The notes beneath the pieces were generated by a model. The model saw nothing but the letters and a program-made list of their open reading frames with translations. It ran no database searches and was not told where the DNA came from. A stretch of DNA of 64,000 bases from Ophelia neglecta (Eukaryota), in NCBI GenBank assembly GCA_965285935.1, contig OZ260663.1, forward strand, positions 75,392,001 through 75,456,000, given 5' to 3'. Made by a program: the position numbers and the translations under genes. Below, in pieces: positions 39,016 through 52,734 of the stretch. Position 1 is the first letter of the stretch. The number at the start of each line of letters is the position of its first letter.

Positions 39016-41270
39016 AATACACTTACAAAATAATCCTGTACGCCGTAGTGGTGTACTTGGCTGTTGGTATTGGTGCTTGTTAAAATCAGTGCCAGAGTTG
39101 TAAGAGCCGTTTATACACGTTTGGGACAAGAGATTAATTAGTAATAAATAAAAAAAACACGAACACGTAGACTGTTTAGACACTTTTCGATATTTCTCTA
39201 ATTAGTTATCTTACTTGGGGTTGAAATTGAGTATAATAATTCATGTATATTTTAAGATAGGTAACATTGAACAATGAAAGTAGCGTATATTGACTTTATT
39301 TTATGTGTAAATAATGAGCGATACTGGAACAGAGTGATGTATTTCGTTCTACTTTATTTTTATTATAGCACAGCCATCCAAAACTTATCTACCATATCAT
39401 GATAGTCTTTTTGATACGACTATCACCATTTTCCAACAAAGCACTATGATCGATGCAGGCGCATTTTTTGGGGGAGTTAAATTTTCAAGCGAGATTAAAA
39501 ATAAATTAATTATTCGGGTTGCAATATAATTTTCCTCTTCAGCTCCATTTTGGCCGACCTTTTCTACGCAAGCACAAACATTAAAGATCAGTTTTAATTG
39601 GAAAACTCGGCTTTTGACTTATTTATAGTTCTTCTGATCGATCCATAGTCTGGTATTCACAATATGCGGCTCGGGACTAAACGAACCATTTCTTAGGGAT
39701 GTTTTTAAGGCCGAAGGGTACATTTTTAAAGCCAACTGCAGTAAGCGAACAAGATTGATTATTGGTCACGTGAGTGAGCAAGGATGGATGAGACAGATTG
39801 AGTTTGGCGTTGCCTGGTGTCAAGGCTGTCTTCTGAAACACTGCATAAAGACACTTATAAAAGTGTTAGTGTGATGAGCTACTTGTGACTTGTATGTTTT
39901 GCCTCTCAATCCTTGCCACTGTGCATATCCATCCAAATGTAATGCCTATTTATGCATCTTCATCCACCTGCTGCATCCTCTTAAATGCTACAAGATATGA
40001 ATAAGTTTGCAGATACACAGAATATGTTATCCAGGAGAAGAAGCCAGTGGCTTATAGGTCCTCTATAAACCAGGTAATATTAAAGTCAAGCAGAGTTTCA
40101 ACTGAAATCTGTATATAGTATAATAATAATTACGATTAGATACTAACTGTAAATACAGGTGCGTAGCTTTAATTTTGAGCTACAGGTGCAATGTATAAAA
40201 AAAACTTAGTTATGAACTGAATTGTAATGCGCGCACAATTAAATAATACTTCATATAAATATATGATATGGCTTGACGAAGTGACACAGCTTTGGTACCT
40301 AAAGGTATAGCTGCAGCCCTAGGCGTGGATATATATAAATCATTCGTGTTTGATAAATATGAATTTCAGAATTAAATTTAAAATGGGGGTCAACTTAAAA
40401 CTCGCAGCTGTTATACTTGTTTGCATTTTTGCCGTGCGCGTCTAATTTGGATTTTCACATTTCAGGTAACAATAGAATTTAGTCAGCGGTGTTTACCAAG
40501 TCCCTCGGCTTAACTACCTCTATTTGTTTTATATGCTTGACCATTTATTACCAACAGCAGTCCACACTGCTAGTATGTTCGATTCGTCCACAAAAATAAC
40601 CACTGCCTGGCCTGACGAAAGTTACAATATCCAGATTGTAGACATGATTGTTAGGTAAATGGCAATAATTCGTCCAACTTAGTTAAATAATAAAATTTAG
40701 CCAATAAATGCACGATTTATGACATCTATGTTAATGCAATAACAAAGTTTGCTTTGGAAAACATACAAGCGTAAATTGCGATGATGCGCGTAGAAATATT
40801 CTTAACTGCTTCTACCTGATTTCCTAGATGAACCATGAAATGCAGCATAACTTTAAAATAAGATGCAGTGCAACTTTAAATAAGATACCAGGGGTGTTGC
40901 GGGAAAGAATTTTTGCTGAATAATTCATTTCCATTGAACACAAAAGATCTGATAGCGTATCTTCACTAGGAAGTGGCAGATAGTCGGTAACCTACAAGAA
41001 AGGTACGAGATTCCTATGTACATAAATTCAGTATTTTCTTTGCCAGATACACATAATGAGGGTAATAAGTTTCCGAAAAGTGGCTTTCTATAACAAGTGG
41101 CAAGACAATGTAAATTCCTCTTATTACACAAGAAAACCATTGAGCAAATATGCGTGCATTATTCTTTATTCAAATCCCGACCACATCACACATTGAAATA
41201 TATGCATTGTAGCATTTATTGAAAACCCTGCAAGTGGCTTATAATGCTTATGCAAGCTGTGAGCGGAGGT

Positions 41271-41783
41271 TTAAACCTTGCTAACTTCGTACAACATTGG
41301 CATAGTCACACCTGTAAACGTGTTCTCGTACTCTTCATCAAGGAAGACGCTGGGTTTGTAAATATGACTGTAATGTCTCTGTGTATCATGCTTGCACATA
41401 CAATGATGTGTCTGCTCGCAGTCGTCTGCTTCTTCAGGAAGGACGTCATAACGACGAGAACGCCGGTTGCAATGGTAGTAGGCAATTGCCAGCAGCACCA
41501 GGGCGGTGAAGGTTGCCAGCAACAGACCACCCACCAAATAGGCATGAGAGTTGTGCACATAGCGCGTGTGGGTTGGCTCTCGTTCTCTGACGTCTTTACT
41601 GAAAAACAGTTTGACCACAGTGGATGGTTTTTGCCTGATAGTACCTCCATTTCTGGGAGTCGTAGTTAACGGCGGCGTCTTCAAGACCACCGAAGTGTTC
41701 ATGGACAATTCCAGACCACTTGCCATCGACGATTCTCTCGATGAGTTGAGGGCAGAGGGCGAGAAAATTGGTCTACTTTCCAT
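41271..41783 (-). CDS. Copy E: 170-aa paralogue (predicted start MESRPIF at 41783)
   Basis: Acceptor ttctattactgtttcag|a at 41840-41839 makes the N-terminus of the listed 206-aa ORF intronic or UTR. Same TM and tail (HIYKPSVFLDEEYENTFTGVTMPMLYEVSKV). Confidence 0.85.
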   Translation of the reverse strand: MESRPIFSPSALNSSRESSMASGLELSMNTSVVLKTPPLTTTPRNGGTIRQKPSTVVKLFFSKDVREREPTHTRYVHNSHAYLVGGLLLATFTALVLLAIAYYHCNRRSRRYDVLPEEADDCEQTHHCMCKHDTQRHYSHIYKPSVFLDEEYENTFTGVTMPMLYEVSKV

Positions 41784-43761
41784 GGAGGTGGACACTGACA
41801 AGAAGATATCTATCGTTTTCAGAAGTTGTCCGCAGCCTCTGAAACAGTAATAGAATCCCATTGTGAGTCGGTAATAAGACACATTTACCATTCATGAGAC
41901 ACATGGAACACAATATAGGCCACATAAAAGACGTCAGATTCTGGATCGAAAATGCAATGCATATATTACTATCAGTCCCATGCATAGGCAACGTGCGAAA
42001 ATCAACAATTTATACCCCTACGAACACACTGAATATCAGACATGGCCGCCTTCAGGATTAAACACCTCATTTAAATTATCTTTATTAAAGTGGCACACTG
42101 CAATACAAATCCTTTTGAAAATTACGAACGTTTTGCACTGTTTTTTATTCTGCTTTAATGCATCTCAGTAAGATGAACCTTACTAACCAAAGTAACTATT
42201 TGCATTGCCATAAGGTCGAATAAATATTCAGGTATGCTATCGTCATCAAAGATGTCAATCATTACTTATAGTTCATAAATACTGGCAACTACTATTAAAG
42301 AGGTAAGTCGAGGTGATGGTTCTTGGTGACATTAAATTCATCGTGGCCGTTTTTAACTCAAAGCTATTTATCCTTACTAGAACGCCATGTTTTTCATTAT
42401 TCGCAAAACAAGTGGCCACATCTCACGCCTCAGAGGACAAAGTATGGGGCGCACACTGTATGGGCAATATTAAAACGCAGCTGGTTAACCAATGAAAACA
42501 ATTACACGTACAGGTCATTTTCAGTCACGTGACTGGGTTATTTCTGGGTTATTGCTCAACATGCATTTTGCTTACTGTACATAATTGCACAGCTGTACAC
42601 TGTACGCCCTCTGCAACTACATCAGCACTTTCATCCATACTCAAAAGTATTTAAGATGGCGAAGAGCAAGTTTTAGTAAACAAAATGAGCTTGTATTAAT
42701 TTGAGGCAAAAATGAAGATTACTTGTACAACATCGCGTTTGTTGGACTATGTCCTTCGAAGACATATGGTGGATTAATAGAAGGCGATTGACTTACAATT
42801 ATGACCCACATATGTAGAAATCTGTCTATGTTGCGATACAAATTGTAAATAACCGGTACCATAATCACTTAAGAAGAATAGTCTACTTAAAAGTCGGTCC
42901 GAAGTCCCCACCAACCGTTAATTGCATGCCCACCAAAGTCAATCATCACTTCTCTTACAATAGGTAAAAGTAATGGTAAAAAATAAAATAAATATCACTT
43001 GCCACGACCAGTAGCCAACATTTGTCCAGGATGGGAGTCATATGAATGCACGCATATTCTCGTAACAGCATGAGCTAAGTAAGAAGTCAAGGTCAAGTTC
43101 TGACGGCAACCAGCTATCTTCTACTTTTAAATGGCATTCAAAAGTGAAACTAAATAAAATCCCACGTGCCAAGTAACATTCTCTAAATTTCCACAAACTT
43201 GATTATACGAGACGGCCCTGTTGCTTGCTTGCAAAATGTGTCCATAGCTGGGGTAAATAGTGTCGGTAGGCAAAGTTATGGTATAAGCAAAACAGGCCCA
43301 CTTGCCCTTTTATGTCGGCAGATTATGCGTTGGTTCTCTCTTCTGTATCCATTAAGGTAATTAAGCACTGCTAACCTTTAAGAAACCTCTCCAGAATACC
43401 CATGTTTTTCAGTTTCCACAATTACGGCCAATGATGAGAAATTTATGGATCTATGGTGCACAGGCTGGATGCGCTAATAATAAAAAAAGGAGAAACCTTT
43501 AACTATTACAAAAAAACTTATTTCTAGTAGATTCCAAATCATTTGTGGGCAACGATCAATAATTCGTTCACTTACAAGGAGCAACCGGACGACTAAGACC
43601 GTCTTTACTGCATACTCCCATGGCCATTGTTTACTCGCCCCGGGGCGTCATTTGATGGGCATTCTCCAGAGACAACCCCTTCAATAAAGACCTCATCTTC
43701 CTATCATCGCTCCGGTCATACAGCTACCCTAATATTATCTGCTCAGATGACCCTTGCTTAC

Positions 43762-44160
43762 CTTTTGCAGGCATGAGTGTCGCCTACATTGTCTTCTTCT
43801 ATCAGCTGGGGTTCCTTGAAACGCTTTCCTTGGTGCTCGTCTATAGTATTGATTTCCTAAGACAATTTTGTGGCATTTATATTCCCGCCCAGAGTGGCAG
43901 CTTCGTTTATTATGTTCTTTGCCGCAATTTTCGTCAAATGATGTTCAAAGTCTTGTCGTTTTGGGGTGAAAACATCCGAAGCACTGTCTACTCAGCTGCA
44001 CTTCGATAGCTAGAATTCCTATTCACCGTACTACTGGATGATAGAGCACATGATACATCAATGCTGGTACTAAATCTTTATATAGAGGGCTTAGTGAATC
44101 CTCCATGGAAGCATAAGACAAAGGTAAGAAGCTGTAGATGGGAAAGCGCCGCCGGTAAAT
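43762..44160 (-). other. Putative non-coding exon 1 of copy E; intron 41839-43761
   Basis: Consensus donor AAG|GTAAG at 43761; the exon aligns with the blocks starting at 27665 and 55422. Confidence 0.6.
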
Positions 44161-44180
44161 CAAACAAACGCTCGATCTGA

Positions 44181-44770
44181 AATCTAACGCGATGGCCGGG
44201 AGTTGGGAGAAGATGGGCTGTCAAGTCCGCCGCCCAAGTCCGCCTACTCTAAACATATTACGCCGGCATATTTCCGTGGTGATATTGACAAACAGAGAAC
44301 AGCAATACAAACCTGAATGGGCCTGCCATGGAAACCGACAAGTTCACGGCAGGCGGGCCCGAGGGAACCACAGAGAAAACGCTTTTCACAGAGAAATTGG
44401 AACAAACTGGGCAATGATGCATTGGGAAACAATGCAAGACATTGCCAGAATTGCCGGCAACTATTCAATAGAAGACCCATAATAGGAAACAATCCCCTGC
44501 TTCACCGCACATAAGGCCGGGCTCCTGGCGTAGGAACAATCTTATTACGACGAAATTGAGGTCTATTGATTGGTCCTAAAAATTACCTATAGAAGAATGA
44601 AGCCAGTCGGCCGTTCCTCCTATATATATTACAGATCATTTCAGTGCATGGACTTGACATTATCAACGGGCTCAATTATTAGGCGTGCATTTCTCCATGC
44701 TTAATTATAATGAGGAATAAAGATGGAAAATGATAAAACTAAATCCCAACAGTTCAACAAGACTTGGAGT
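44181..44770 (-). promoter_or_regulatory. Type-A promoter of copy E
   Basis: 44181-44235 matches 10820-10874 at 54/55 nt; a CCAAT box (gattggtc on plus) near 44570 is shared with copy F. Confidence 0.7.
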
Positions 44771-45409
44771 GATAAACATGGATACAAAGGAACCTAACAC
44801 TCACAACGCCCATTCTAGATCAATTGAACAAACCCCATCAAGCCCTTTCGCTTGGATCACATAATCTATGACGCGTTTCGAGCATTTTGTATTATTGCGC
44901 TGCTAGTCTCTCGCACTCCGATCAGTGGTAAGGCTGGTTCTCTAAGAGAAAAACCGGACAGTGTCGGGACGGTATAAGCCAAATCAATGCCCTATTTTCT
45001 GTAGCTCGTTAGACCAACTGTTGGACAAACCGTTTAACATCTCATGATATGTCAGGGTTATTTTTATCATGCGCCGGAAGTACACGTACTATTTAAAGGG
45101 TTGTCTCGGCCTAGTCTATGTTCCACGGAGGTGGCTGATTAAACATAAAGATTGTTTGAACTCAATCTAATTCCTAGGATCGAACGCCCAGAATGTAATG
45201 CAATCAAATTTCGTAGAATATTCTTCAGCAGTATAAAAACCTTCATATAAAAGCTGTTTTGAAGAAAGTATCAAGGGGTTGCCCAAATTAGGGTTATATT
45301 TATTTAATAAATGATTGCGATAATTATTCATTTTTGCAGGCTTCTTCTGATGAAACCTATTACTCTGTGGCGGAATCTGGATTCTTACTTGTGTCTTTAA
45401 AGGGGCGAC

Positions 45410-45530
45410 ATCTGAATTCACCTAGGTGCTGATTTAAGTTTTAGACGGTCTAGATTTTGAGCTTCTAGGGTATTAACGGTAAAGCCAAATGTAATTAGTA
45501 TTCATTGGGTTCTGGATGCTGAGTTCGGGG
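45410..45530. repeat. Dispersed duplicated segment, partner at 13950-14070
   Basis: Same alignment as the 13950 entry. Confidence 0.7.
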
Positions 45531-45644
45531 GTCAAAATAGATATAAAGTCAAATTAAAACCTGCAACCTGGAATTTCGGATATCTACTCATACAATAACT
45601 CTTTTTAAAACATAGCAAAGACATCCATGATAACCATGTTATTT

Positions 45645-46100
45645 TTTAAACACCAGCACAACATCCAGAGCTTTCCTTACTTTTTTGGTTACATAAATGT
45701 GAAACACGCTTCTTTTTTTTTTATTGATGGTCGCTGTACAACAAGAGCTAGCGCTTACATGTGGGGCTATAGCTGCCGTTAGAACATGAGTGTATGCAAG
45801 TATACCGTACACGCGTATTGTGCACTTAAATGAAGCAGGTCTATAATATTTAAGGTAACGTTCCCATTACAAATAAACGATAAGGAAATCGCCAGGAACC
45901 AGCAGTGATAGGCCCAAATACATGAATTCCCATCTCTCAAAAAGTAAATAAACGTGTAGTGCAAATGAAAGAATAAATTTTATATCACTTAGAAGCAGCA
46001 GTCCATAGTTTATCGTGATGCCAGAAAGAGAAAAAAGACAAAGGAGTCAGTGGTCATCTCAGGGCAGAAATGACATGTGTCCCAGAAGAGTGTAGGATGA
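45645..46100 (-). pseudogene. Decayed family copy (type-B position)
   Basis: ORF 45779-45964 MHYTFIYFLRDG...WFLAISLSFICNG parallels MHYLYNSHTYLVGG...VLLAIAYYQCNR; DNA attaca...taaggaaatcgccaggaaccag vs attaca...taagcaatggccagcagcaccag. Confidence 0.5.
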
Positions 46101-47799
46101 TCGCAGCTCTCTCATAATTTGAGAAGAAAAGATGTAATTGCCTCAATAAACACAAGACCTAAGAGGAGTGTAAGCGATCCCCGCATTCTAAAGTGAATGA
46201 GAGCATTACACCTCCTCGTTTTGATAATGGTAAAAAGTGAACCAGCAACGCTTTTATTATGACGCCATACATGCAGATGCACAAGGCTCCTAGCCCTGAG
46301 ATAAGGGGAATATATCACTCAAAGCTTTATATTGCGTATGCGTTAAAACAATGGCTAATAGAACCAACACATGAATATTCCAAAGAAAGTCATCATTCGT
46401 ATATTGACACTACTTAAATGCCTTAAAATATACTGAATAAAACAGGAGCGACACTTCAGCAATGGAAAAAAATTCCATTCTCAAAACTCTAAATACAGAC
46501 CAGGTCTTGTAAATGCTTCTCACGTTTTAAAGAGGCAATATAAGTCAAAAGCTTTTTTTCAACAATTCCGATAAAACCTTAAGTCAATGAAAAGTGAGCT
46601 CGTCAGCCCTGATACATAGTTTTGTCATATAGTGACCAGATCGCAAAGATTCGATGAGGAAGCCGGCACCTATATACATCCATACATCACTTATTACTTA
46701 TACCCTGTTTAAATCGTCACTTTTGCGCCTTCGAATAACAAATGAATAACCCAACTAGCCACTTGAGGCGCCTTATCTACAATGTCAGATTCATTTTGTT
46801 CAAATGTTATTTACAGTTTAAAAAGACACGGTGCATTTTTCAAATTCAATAAAACTAATTTGTCTCCACCTGGTAGATGTCCTGTATTTAGGTTTGAGAT
46901 TGCTCTGTTCAGTTTTTTGACATTTTTTTTCGAGATGTGAATGCGTACCCTATTCCGCTTCCAAAACGCTCGGACTTCTCGGGAAGGCCAAAAGAAAGAA
47001 TAGTTTATTCTCTATTTGAAAATGAACAGCTGAATTCAACATGCATGAAGCATCTTTATCGTGTAGACAATATAACTAATGCTTAGAAACCAGATTAGCA
47101 TTTTTTGGAAAAGATATATCATTACCGAGTTAGTTTCTGGGTATGATTGAATAGCATGCGGGATTAAAATAAGATTGTTTTACTCAGGAAACCACAAGTT
47201 CATGGCCAAATGCTACTGCTTATTTGGTTATCCGTGATTCTTTATCCACCGAAAACTCATTTATAAAAAGCAAACAAAACTTTAAACTTGTAGATTCTAT
47301 CATGATCAAAACACCATTTTGTTACAACCCTTGCTCATGCCTTAAAAAACAATGTATACAGAATATCTAGTCTTTAACGTTTGTATATATTTAAAAGCAA
47401 ACGAACGCAATGTGAGCTGGTTGTTGACTGATATCCTGCTGGCTGATGCTGCCTATTATCGAGCTTTAGTTATGGGCAATGTTGATCCTACTCTAAAGCC
47501 AATTGGAGAAGTATTTAAGATTTTCGGTGACCAAGGCTCATACGCTTCTTCACACTACCCTAATAGCACCAGTACGCCTCCCGCCAAAAGTTTATTCCCT
47601 CGATCTAAAATAGTATAAGCAATCAAACAAGTTATTTCTTCACACAAACATTAACCTCCATAGCTATTACTTTAATAACTACACTGTATGCGCTGACCTA
47701 CGAATTAATCTCTTCTCTACCATGTTTTCATTAAGATCCATCCTCTGAAGTTTCTTCAGCTTGGTTTATTAACCCCCCCCCCCCTTACCCGTTGCATCA

Positions 47800-48120
47800 T
47801 TAATTTCAAGTGTAGCTGAAAAAGAACATCCTTGACCTGTGATGTGATGATTCTGGCTCCAGCCCTGCCTTTCTTGGTTTCATTGCCTTTTGATAGTGTA
47901 ATATTGACTTGCCATGTCCATGTCATGCACCCTAACTGTCAAATATCAGTGCAAACGAAGAATGAATCAGGAAAATAGAAATATATGGGAGGGAGGTCGC
48001 AGAAGTTAATACACTTATTTCGTGTTTTGTCTTTAAACTTTTGCAGCAGAAGAACAATTGCTAATGATCATTTCGTATGATTCTATCCCTCCTCGACGAT
48101 AATAATGAAGAACAAATTGT
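47800..48120 (-). other. Conserved upstream block B, copy 4
   Basis: atagaaatata...ggtcgc.ga.gttaatacactt and tcttg.tttcat.g.ctt.t..tagt are shared with 1727-1865; donor-like cttacc at about 47784-47789. Confidence 0.65.
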
Positions 48121-49037
48121 ACAAGAGAAAAACTTGTTTAATTGCTTCAGAGCCAACCATACTTGATACAACATGATACGACCAACCATGAAAAATGGCA
48201 AAACAAAATTACAAACAAAAAAGAGCCGAAATGACCAATCAAACACATACAATTATTATTAATAAGAAATTAGCGCATTGTTATTAAAGTAATAGCTAAG
48301 GAGGTAGTAATACTTATTAATGTTTGCGTGCCAAACCCCAACTTATTTTAATGCTTAAAGTAGGTTAGACAAAACCCTTTCCTGAAACAGAGGATAGTCA
48401 TGTTATGTAGGTCTGTCAAATTCCCTTATAGAATTCCTCAAAGGCGGCGGGAAGCGGACTGCTTCATCTAAGGGTACTGGGAACTCGTTGTTGGCCATTT
48501 TCTTGTTCTACTTACTATCATTAAAACATAGTCCAGTTTGGCTAAAATTTAGGAACATGTATGTTCAAATGATAAATGTTTCCTGGTGAGCATGCGTATG
48601 TGAAAACAAATGTATTTATCTCTTATACATGCATGTGAATAAGACTACTCAATAACCAAGGCAATGCAATCTAGACCAAATATGGATGATCATAGCGTAG
48701 CTAACCTTGGCGATAAAATATTGTCCTATCAGCTAGCAAAATGACCAAAGATTCTTCATGGGCAAAAATATGCAAGCTTTGTCAAATGAGGCTGCTTGTG
48801 GTGATCATGCTCTAGTGTACATGTCCCGAGGATAGATGCCATTTTATGAGCTGCCAAAAATGGCAATATTTCTGGATGAACAATCAAAAGGATGTTTGAC
48901 AAAAAGTGGCTGCTCCCCCCGGGGCTGCTCTTTAGGAAACGTGCTCTGGTGTTTGGCGTTTCGCGTGAGCCAGAAAAAAGGTTTACCCAATATGGTGACT
49001 AGTGAGACAACACACTCTTTTGAGTGTGCGAGTGACA

Positions 49038-49960
49038 CTAATCATCGAGTCTCAAGTTTTGAGTATGAGAGTTCGAATATAGAGTAAAAAAATTCGAGTA
49101 TCGAGTGGTAATATTCCCTCCTGTCGATTTTTCAGACCAAACTCGCTCCCTCTTAACGCACATAATATCACTTTTTGAGGTGCATACATATGCCTGCAAG
49201 AAAAAGTCAGCTACATTCGGTGTTTGTTTCATGTGAAATTATACCAAAGCCTACATATCGTTTTAAGACACGAAACAGCTCCCTGAGGCTTAATTCGCGT
49301 GTCATATCGGCAACAATTAAAAACATACTGCTCAACATGATGAATATTAGAGTGGCCTGATATCAATGCACTTAAAAGAACACTGGCCTATCAAATATGA
49401 AAGAGTTACAGTTCGCGCTGACTTTGCCAGGAATATTAAAACTCACATCATGCGTAAATCACACTTTTTTGCCTGGCGGCCCGGCGCGATCTCAACTCAT
49501 TAAGGCTATTTTCAGTCGGTGAACAGCCACCTGCGAATGCCACCTGCGTTTCTTATTGTGACCTCATCATTTCCATAGATATCCACAATAAGAAAACGCA
49601 GGTGGCATTCGCAGTTGGCTTTTTAAGCACCAAAATTGCGTTAATGTGCCAAGCAGAATCTCATATAGAATCTCCTAGAACATACCGAGTCTACATATTC
49701 ATACTCAATACTTGATCTCTCATACTAGGAACTCGAACTTTCTTACTCGAAACACGATGATTTGTAACACACAGTTCTCGTTATCTTCAATTCTAGGAGA
49801 TACTGGTGGGTGTCGCACCGGGCCATTAGCAATAGAAAATGTGATTCGCACACGTCAAAACACGATCAGATTTAGGATTCATATGTACTCGACTTTTCAT
49901 AAACGATACTGGATTCTCGAACTACATACTCGAAACTCGAACATTAGTCTCGATGATTAG
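49038..49960. mobile_element. Non-autonomous TIR element (about 923 bp) with an internal hairpin
   Basis: Termini ctaatcatcgag.ct / ag.ctcgatgattag with further imperfect inverted similarity over about 50 bp; many subterminal TCGAG/CTCGA motifs; CA on both flanks (possible 2-bp TSD). Confidence 0.7.
49525..49620. repeat. Near-perfect inverted repeat, 36-37 bp arms, 23-nt loop
   Basis: agccacctgcgaatgccacctgcgtttcttattgtg vs cacaataagaaaacgcaggtggcattcgcagttggct (1 mismatch, 1 indel). Confidence 0.9.
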
Positions 49961-51540
49961 CAAGACTCAGGAAATCGCCTATGATCCATTAACTCACCAA
50001 CCAACTTCCCATTTTACAAATAAACTAAGGTCACTAACATTCGTGATAAAGGCTATTGTCCGTTTGCCCAGTTTTCGTTCCTGTACTGACATGTTCCCTG
50101 CATGATGATAATTTTGTTTTGTTTTTTAATCTCGCCATGTTCATTTCCCGCGACCTGATGCCTTCTCAATGGCGTGATTTATAAAAACATCATTTTATTC
50201 CACATTTATTGTTCTTTAATATAGCAGCAGTTGGTCTGCCTTAGTATCCTAGTTTTTTCATTTCCTGTTTGCCCTGTATATTATATCGGTCGTGAAGCGC
50301 CGGAGAATCTTCTTAATGGCATAGTGCGTTATACAAATCCTATAAACTGCAATTGTATACTGGAATTCCTTACCAACCTTTAAATATGCCTAGCACATCA
50401 TCCGAAGTACAAAATAAAACACAACTTGCTCCATCGTGCCGTTGAAAAGGCTTCAATATGCTTTATATTTCAAGGTTGGCAACGAATTTCGACCCTTACC
50501 ACATCCAGTAACTTTGTCAGTTTCTATGCCCCGCGTTTAATATATTATACAGGCGAAAACGTATTTTATCAAATACCATACCATTGTGTTGGTGAAATCC
50601 ACATTTCATATCTGCTTCGGTTCCCGATAATATTGGAATTCCCGTCTTGTCTGAACTACTTGGTTCCCCCTGAAAATAGGTGGATGCAGGAATGCCGACC
50701 CGCGGCAAGACAAGTGATGTGTAGGTAAGGTTTAAACTTGTTTTATAATAACCTTTGCCTCCTGCAGTGCCAGTCCGCAAATCTAATTAAACATCATACC
50801 CTAGGAGTGCTATTCGTCTTTTGGTTTCCATTTAAACATGGAAACTCCTCTTTAAATGTCTATATTATAAATTCTCGATTCACAATTCGAGCAATACGGC
50901 TCATGCTAGCCTGGGGCAATTATTGTACAAAGTTACCCGAGTTTTCTCCACGCTAACATTACTCGTTATTTCTCTAACTTGTTAGGATTATGTAATTAAT
51001 GCAGTTTAATTCAAACATTTACATAGAAATTCTTTTTACATAATTTTACGTAATTCATTACTAATATTACTTATCGATAGGCCTTGTCACAAAAACGACA
51101 CGAGGGAAGAGGAAACTCGTACTTATCTTATCGCCCCTTCATTTTCACATGGGCCGCCACATCATTAATAAACATGTAAATAAGCTTTTAATTAATTATT
51201 TAATAAAAAATTAAGGTCGATATCACTTGCAATGGGAATTGGTAAACAGTTTTTCATGTTGATAGTCAGGGCAAAAACAAAGGAGTCAATGGCCTTATAT
51301 GAGATTCAATTTGGAGACAAACGATGCTTTTTACACATAAAGCACAAAATCAGAAAAGAATGACACTTTTATAATTTCTTACCATTTGATTGATAAAGAT
51401 TAATTATTATTATCTGAACAACATTATGATTTTCTATTTGCAGATTATTCAAAGTTGATTTATCTGGTAAAGGTAAATGTCCTTTAATTATAACAATATG
51501 AATATGCATGCAAATTATCTATAATTGATGTTGTCTTCAG

Positions 51541-51795
51541 CCGCCCTCCCCCCCCCCCACCACCCCCCTTCCCCCCACCCACCACCCCCCTCCCCCCTCC
51601 CGCACACTTCATAGACAACACCAGCTTTTTACTCTCTATCCGATGTATGTTATGGCGCCAGGCATCGCCAGGGGGATGTGAGAATTGCACAAAATGTGTA
51701 TTTTGTGTGTCTTTCATAGGAGTATTTGGAGAGGATGTTGTGGGTGGGGTTAGGGAGCAAATGCCTGGTGTGTGCGTGTCTATGAAATGTGTGGG
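51541..51795. repeat. C-rich tract (G-rich on minus) next to a short inverted repeat
   Basis: About 60 nt of C runs, then cccgcacacttcatagaca (51599) pairing with tgtctatgaaatgtgtggg (ending 51795). Confidence 0.6.
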
Positions 51796-52734
51796 TGGAA
51801 GGATAAGGGTATCAATATTAATACACTACTTCAATACAAGTCTCGTGGTCGTTACTTGTCATCTATACAGGACATGTTAGTTATCTTGTCACCTTAATTA
51901 AAAATAAAAAACAGAAAACTCTTGCGCGGGAAAGAAATTTTAATGGCACAACGAGGAGGCCCATTTCTTGTGTCAGTAGACACAAACTTGTCTTTCCTCT
52001 TCTTTTACATAAAGGCTCAACGCATATCCCAAGTACTTTATACTTTAGTTGTTTAGATGGCTTATATCTAATTCGTAAATAAAACGAAAATCATCAACAC
52101 ATTATATAACGTTAGTTCACTAAGTAATTTTATTGTGTGTCGACTAAAGTATTATATCAGGTCGTGCACCGGAGAAATTGTGCTGCCTCAAGTGTCTCGA
52201 CCTTGCCGGGGTGTCTCAGTGAATGTTTCATTCGATGCATTCCATGGCAGTGAAGAATGTGGTTTCTCTTGAAAACAAATTCCGCAATGCAGTGAACTTT
52301 GCTATTTTATATCCTCAATTACTGGCATGTAATTTCTAAAATCCAAGATACGTTGGAGCAAAATTATAGTACAACGCTATGTTAGATGACAAATTAGTCG
52401 CGGCGAAGCATTTTTCTTCTTATCAAATTGTTTCCTTGGAACATAAAAGACCATCGAGCGAAATCAAGACTCGGCAGAGACAACTAATCAGTCGGCTGTG
52501 AGAACGAGATAGGAATTCTACGCCGGAGTTACAAGACAAATGACAAAAAAAATAAATGTTCTGCAAATATAGCTTAGGAAAGCATTGTGTTAATGCACAA
52601 TGGTTGTATACAAAATCGGGGACATTTTATGTTGTGTCATACCATGCATTAGATAGAGGTTTATGGCAGTTCTCTTATTTTTAAGATCCTCTCGTGTCTT
52701 AATGGTGACAGTGTGTTTTTTTTTGTGCCAAGGG

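Noticed and set aside
41784-41891. N-terminal 36 aa of the listed 206-aa ORF as a possible signal peptide
   Set aside because: It starts from a non-ATG codon and crosses a good splice acceptor at 41839-41840 that is positionally conserved in the paralogues.
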